Positions 60,201 to 64,000 of a stretch of DNA of 64,000 bases are shown here, piece by piece; positions within the stretch are counted from its first letter, which is position 1, and each line of letters starts with the position of its first letter. Location: contig MU058289.1 in the NCBI GenBank assembly GCA_013265495.1, positions 2,417,451 to 2,481,450 of the forward strand, read 5' to 3'. A program made the translations under genes and the position numbers. This DNA is from Vicugna vicugna (lineage: Eukaryota). The notes under the pieces were generated by a model that was not told where the DNA came from, made no database searches, and worked only from the letters and a program-made list of their open reading frames with translations.

Positions 60201-62455
60201 GACAGCGCTACAACCACCAACCGCCCACATCCCACCAGTAAACTGGCAGTTAAAGTTCTGTACACCCACCTCTTCATCCATAAAATCTTCAGGACCAAGT
60301 ACAGATCTGTCTGCTCTGTTCTTTCGTGAAGACACAAAGGAAGAAGGTGTCCATCCTTGAAAGAAAAGAGTTTAGAACATTACAATCCTAGATAGTATTT
60401 TGGTTTATAACCAAATAATGAAATAGCATGTATGGACTTGAAACCTCCAAAACCACAATCTCTTAGCTACTTCCCATCTCACTGCACACAATGACATAAC
60501 GGTTCCACATAAACTTTTTATTAATCCTCATCTCTCCTATTGTCAGAACTTATTGGCTACAGTGAGGTTTCCCCATAAGAATTTGCAACCAAGAAAAATC
60601 AAATTATACATTGAAAATTAAACTCTGAAAGGAACACAAGCAGATCTGAGCAGAAAGAGGCAAGGTCCCCTTAAAAGGTAGGACCACTCAGACCACAGGA
60701 AGAGCTATATACACTAACACACTAACGTATCAAAGAAACACTACCTCATGGTGTTAGTCAGCTAGGAAAGAATTCAACCTGGCTGGTCTAAGAGCAGGCC
60801 TTGGCCATACCAGGCCCCCAATCCCATCAAACACCCAAGTCCCATAACAAGCATCCCTGTCCCCCATCCACAGTTATCAAGCATATGCTGTGCTTATACG
60901 GGAAAGATGCACTTGGAAGTGAAATGTACCTGTAACCTTCTAAGACAAACTTTTTTTTAGTTTTCTCTAAGAGTGACACACCTCCTTTCTGACTTCCCAT
61001 AAGAGTCTTGGGGAGCTGAGGAGTATGGGGCGGGCCTATTTTTGGTAGGTGGGTGGAGGAGGTTTCTGGGCCAACCTGGGAGAAACCCCAGGAGAGTGAA
61101 GATCAGCTCTCCCAGGCAATAGCCTGGGCCCAGCACCTTCCTCTACTTTGGATTTCCATAGTCTTCACCCTGTGTCTGCACAGTCCTTGAATCTGTCACT
61201 GTCAGGTAAGGAGATGATCCAGTGTGTTACCGTATCACAGTCTACCTGTGATGACTAATCATTTGAGCTAATCTTACTTTTAAATTATAATATACAGCAC
61301 AGCCATAATTATAACAATCAGCAATGTATTCGTGTACTTCTTTCTTTACAAACCCTACTGCCATTTTTAACATTTTAGTAAGTGTGCTACTTAAAAGTGG
61401 CTTAATTATCTTGTTTTGCTTTTCTTAATAATAAGACTGAATATTCCACATAGCATTTCTATCTGTTCTGGAGTAAAGTGTTCAAATACTTTGATCATTT
61501 TCTTATTGTACCAATCTTTATACCTCGTGTATATTGAACTTTAACCATCTTATTTACCCAAACTATTTTCCTTAAACGGCATTTTTCCCCCTTTCTTGCA
61601 TTGTTTTTCATCTTTATTTTACTATTGTTGTTATATATGAGTTTTTTTTTAATATGTAGGAAAGATCTGGCCTATCTTGTTCTTAATAATTGCTACATGA
61701 GTTAATCAGTTCATCTTCCACTCGTATCTGTGATACTTAAGCCATTTTCTTCTAGTTTCTTTATTTAAAACATTTATAAAAATATACATAACTTTAAACA
61801 ACACAGAATTTATTATATTGTGTAACGGGGAGATTTTGATTTTTCTCCAGGTCGAGAACATGTACAGACAAGTGATGCTGTGGTCCCTGATATCGGGGAG
61901 AGAGCAGCTCTGACCCTCAGTGTCCTCATCTACAAAACAGCTGTCACTCCCAGTCACTGAGTAGTGTGAGATGACGATTAAAGATGACGATGAGTAAATC
62001 GGTGTGAGAGCACTTCGTGCTTGGCAAGATACAATATAAAACGGAAGTCATTATCACCATATAACCATCTGGTTAGGATGTATCTTTTTTTTTTTAAGTG
62101 AAAGAAACTCTTTCACCTTCAAGTTGTAATCAAAGAAAACACACAAGTTGACTCTGGAAACAGTCCAAACGTTCAAAGAACACAAAAGACTACAATGTGA
62201 GGACTACAATGTTCAAAGACGTTTTTTAAAAAGGGAGAGGTGGGGGAGAGGAGCAAAAATCTTATGAGACTTCAACCATTTGCCTGAGCCATAAAGTAGC
62301 TTTAAGTAAGAAAATCCTACCTTCTTTTGAGCCAACAGTGTTGAAGTAACCAGCAGAGAAACCTCCACTAAAGGCTCCATGAAACCGTTTATACCTTCCT
62401 TTTTCATCTCTGACGGTCTGATCTTGAAGAGGAATTGGTTTCTTTGGTCTCTCAC
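34574..62455 (-). CDS. GPATCH1: G-patch domain-containing protein 1, spliced gene span for exons 2-20 (exon 1 outside window)
   Basis: 19 GT-AG exons totalling 2723 coding nt join in frame from (G)[18 protein letters not shown] to [13 protein letters not shown]. The G-patch motif [19 protein letters not shown] is present and the translation matches my recollection of mammalian GPATCH1. Confidence 0.97.
35985..36080 (-). mobile_element. tRNA-derived SINE (Vic-1-like)
   Basis: gggatggaacccag...ctctagcactgagctata. Confidence 0.8.
36245..36279. repeat. (TG)n microsatellite inside a duplicated segment
   Basis: About 17 TG units. Confidence 0.9.
36576..36724 (-). CDS. GPATCH1: GPATCH1 exon 19 (149 bp)
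   Basis: ttcag|AAA AAG...AGA CG|gtaggt; [49 protein letters not shown]. Confidence 0.94.
37817..37914 (-). CDS. GPATCH1: GPATCH1 exon 18 (98 bp)
   Basis: ttcag|AT GCT...GAG AAG|gtgagt; [33 protein letters not shown]. Confidence 0.93.
39713..39817 (-). CDS. GPATCH1: GPATCH1 exon 17 (105 bp)
   Basis: ttcag|CT AGT GAG...CCC A|gtgagt; [35 protein letters not shown]. Confidence 0.92.
41075..42420 (+). mobile_element. 5'-truncated LINE-1 with an internal SINE
   Basis: ORF2 C-terminal peptide ([12 protein letters not shown]...[12 protein letters not shown]), 3' UTR, and target duplication aaaaatacaaaagatta on both sides. Confidence 0.9.
41697..41830 (+). mobile_element. tRNA-derived SINE inside L1
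   Basis: gagtatagttcagtggtacagtgc...gggttcaatccctggtacctcc. Confidence 0.85.
42553..42769 (-). CDS. GPATCH1: GPATCH1 exon 16 (217 bp)
   Basis: tacag|GTG GTA...CAA G|gtacgt; [40 protein letters not shown]... Confidence 0.95.
43010..43909. repeat. Near-perfect tandem duplication, 2 x about 450 bp
   Basis: 43010-43459 matches 43461-43909 except for poly-A length (13 vs 12 A). Confidence 0.95.
43988..44130 (+). mobile_element. tRNA-derived SINE (Vic-1-like)
   Basis: SINE head and tail; target duplication agaaatg(a/g)tcaaaaga. Confidence 0.85.
44879..45045 (-). CDS. GPATCH1: GPATCH1 exon 15 (167 bp)
   Basis: ttcag|AA TCA AGA...AAT AAG|gtactg; [30 protein letters not shown]... Confidence 0.94.
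45394..45530 (-). CDS. GPATCH1: GPATCH1 exon 14 (137 bp)
   Basis: cctag|T TCA ACT...GAC A|gtgagt; [27 protein letters not shown]... Confidence 0.94.
46391..46518 (-). CDS. GPATCH1: GPATCH1 exon 13 (128 bp)
   Basis: cccag|AAT GAT...CCA GA|gtaagt; [42 protein letters not shown]. Confidence 0.95.
46788..46966 (-). CDS. GPATCH1: GPATCH1 exon 12 (179 bp)
   Basis: catag|AT GCT...CAA GAG|gtctgt; [30 protein letters not shown]...PRDQE. Confidence 0.95.
47110..47192 (-). mobile_element. tRNA-derived SINE (Vic-1-like)
   Basis: ggaggtactggggattgaatccaggacctcatgcacgctaagcatgtgctcta. Confidence 0.85.
48046..48342 (-). CDS. GPATCH1: GPATCH1 exon 11 (297 bp)
   Basis: tttag|GT GCA...AGA G|gtgggt; [24 protein letters not shown]...[26 protein letters not shown]. 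Confidence 0.95.
49186..49390 (-). CDS. GPATCH1: GPATCH1 exon 10 (205 bp)
   Basis: tcaag|ATT TAT...CAA G|gtacgt; [19 protein letters not shown]...ELLGETPTQ. Confidence 0.95.
49897..50020 (+). mobile_element. tRNA-derived SINE (Vic-1-like)
   Basis: Intact head and tail; target duplication caaaagctgact(g/c)aactga. Confidence 0.88.
51253..51398 (-). mobile_element. tRNA-derived SINE (Vic-1-like)
   Basis: Reverse copy; target duplication tgtaattcttt. Confidence 0.85.
51662..51741 (-). CDS. GPATCH1: GPATCH1 exon 9 (80 bp)
   Basis: tgtag|AA ACA GAG...AAG AAA|gtaaga; [27 protein letters not shown]. Confidence 0.94.
54858..55005 (-). CDS. GPATCH1: GPATCH1 exon 8 (148 bp)
   Basis: tgaag|GCT TTT...AAA G|gtaatt; [49 protein letters not shown]. 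Confidence 0.95.
56010..56252 (-). CDS. GPATCH1: GPATCH1 exon 7 (243 bp)
   Basis: aatag|GAG GAA GAT...GGC CAG|gtaaaa; [39 protein letters not shown]...GISGQ. Confidence 0.95.
56644..56702 (-). CDS. GPATCH1: GPATCH1 exon 6 (59 bp)
   Basis: tatag|AT CCT GGA...TCT GAG|gtatta; [20 protein letters not shown]. Confidence 0.93.
57211..57815 (+). mobile_element. LINE-1 3' end with target-site duplication
   Basis: aaagtatgctgtaga flanks both sides; L1 3' UTR strings and an A-tail. Confidence 0.88.
57855..57952 (-). CDS. GPATCH1: GPATCH1 exon 5 (98 bp), G-patch motif
   Basis: cctag|A TTG TCT...CCT G|gtatgt; [32 protein letters not shown]. Confidence 0.95.
58592..58752 (-). CDS. GPATCH1: GPATCH1 exon 4 (161 bp)
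   Basis: ttaag|GAT CTT...GCG AA|gtaaga; [48 protein letters not shown]. Confidence 0.95.
60270..60355 (-). CDS. GPATCH1: GPATCH1 exon 3 (86 bp)
   Basis: tcaag|GA TGG...GAA GAG|gtgggt; [28 protein letters not shown]. Confidence 0.95.
62321..62455 (-). CDS. GPATCH1: GPATCH1 exon 2 (135 bp)
   Basis: tttag|GT GAG AGA CCA...AAA GAA G|gtagga; [44 protein letters not shown]. Confidence 0.95.
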
Positions 62456-62584
62456 CTAAAAAAAAAATATTTTGAATGAGAGAGAAGGGGATGGTGGATT
62501 AGAAAGAATTTAGGGAAAAGATCATTTCTTAAACGTAGCTTGTTCACTTCTTCTAACTTCAAGTATAACAATTTTTTGTTGCTC

Positions 62585-62740
62585 TTTTGGAGGGGGCAGG
62601 TAATTAGGTTTCTTTATGTATTTTTTAATGTATTTTTTAATTAATATTTTATTTTATTTTTTAATGGAGGTACTGAGGATTGAACCCAGGACCCTGTGCA
62701 TGCTAAGCACATACTCTACAGCTAAGCTATACGCTCCCCC
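62585..62740 (-). mobile_element. tRNA-derived SINE (Vic-1-like)
   Basis: ggaggtactgaggattgaacccaggacc...gctata. Confidence 0.85.
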
Positions 62741-63479
62741 TCAAATACAACAACTTTAAGTTGCTATTCCTAGACCTTAACAGCTTATATAGTTCAGAAC
62801 ACCATATTTTATCAAGCTTCTTTATAGTTCTAAGACAATTATAGATTATCTCTTATTTATGTTAGAAATATGTTTTAGCATAAATGGCCTGCCTTTCCCA
62901 CTAAGTTCCATTATGAAAACTGAATTACATTGGGGGGAGGGTTCAAACAGACGGAAGGTGAAATCTGCTGGCAGTAAAGAAGGTAAGTTGCTGGGGTGGC
63001 ATGTGGCATGTAGAGGTTTTTAATATCTCTTCTAGAACTTCATAGCATCCCCAAATCCAGAATTTTTCCATTGGTGCTGTTCAATTTCCCCAAATCTTAA
63101 GAGTGTTCTTATTTCTGGGACTCTCCTGATTCCACAGTTACTGTTCTTTAAACTTATTTCTTTTCCTCCTCTGCTGAAAAGGGCTGGGTTGCAACATCAC
63201 ACAAGTGAAAAGGAACTCAAAACATCTTAGCCTCACCTAAAAATTCCTTAGGTTTAAAGTTTCAGGTACCATGAGACAAATGACTGCCTCATTTTTATCA
63301 ACTCCAATTCAAAATTCTGAATCTACTTCAAATTAAAAGTAACCATCAAGTTATTTTCAAATATTCAATACAGAAAGTAAGTTCCACATTGTGCTGTACA
63401 CCAGAAATTGACACACTGTAACTGAATGCACTTCAATTAAAAAAAAAAGAAAGAATGTTAGTTTCACAACAGTTAAGCA

Positions 63480-63711
63480 CTAGGGTTGAGAGACGCAGCA
63501 CTCTGCATTTTAAAGCCAAGTCCACCTTTACTAGCACAAGGGCTTTGGTCATCGTAACTTCTCTGTACCTCAATTTCCTCACCTGCAAAATGGGGATGAC
63601 ACTAACAGTAATATCTATTTCATAGAGCTGTTACACAAATTGGATCAGATAATGCCTGGAAAGTGCTTAGCAAGAAGAGGGATACACAATAAATACCTTT
63701 CAAGTACTAGC

Positions 63712-63715
<4 letters not shown>
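63480..63715 (+). mobile_element. MIR SINE
   Basis: MIR core cttctctgtacctcaatttcctcacctgcaaaatggggatga...aaagtgcttagca. Confidence 0.75.
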
Positions 63716-63744
<29 letters not shown>

Positions 63745-63770
63745 TACTATTACTATTATTATTATTATTA
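63714..63770. repeat. (TTA)n microsatellite
   Basis: ttattattatt... with tac interruptions. Confidence 0.9.
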
Positions 63771-64000
63771 CATACAGTAGGTAAGATGTGTCCTAAAGCC
63801 CATATATACCTGTCGCTTCAATAAATAAGCCAGTTATTACTTCTGGATGATGAAACAAAAAGTAAAGAAACTTCTAGCCTCATAGTCCTAAATTTTTACT
63901 TGCAGCTTATGGAGTCTTTGGGTCATTTTTAGAATATAACCCACAGCAGGGCAGTCAAGAACTTAGGTTCTGAAGACAGGAGATCTGGGTTCAAATCCCC

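Overview
Mammalian genomic DNA, very probably camelid, inferred from about 14 copies of a tRNA-derived SINE resembling the camelid Vic-1 family. The window holds two spliced protein-coding genes in tandem on the minus strand. GPATCH1 is represented by exons 2-20 (62455 down to the stop at 34574); exon 1 lies beyond the right edge. WDR88 starts about 1.5 kb further on with exons 1-9 (ATG at 33071 down to 6680); its last exons lie beyond the left edge. I placed all 28 exons by hand from GT-AG boundaries, and the phases join into open reading frames. Exon numbers follow my recollection of the human orthologues. The introns are rich in L1, SINE, LTR and DNA-transposon remnants, named from remembered consensus sequences rather than a search. 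I see no convincing undescribed multi-gene system. The most interesting signals are structural or regulatory: a near-perfect 450-bp tandem duplication, an L1 inversion with a templated insert, direct repeats bracketing the GPATCH1 last exon, a CCAAT/octamer-rich antisense solo LTR, an intronic CpG island with a hairpin cluster, and strong CTCF motifs.
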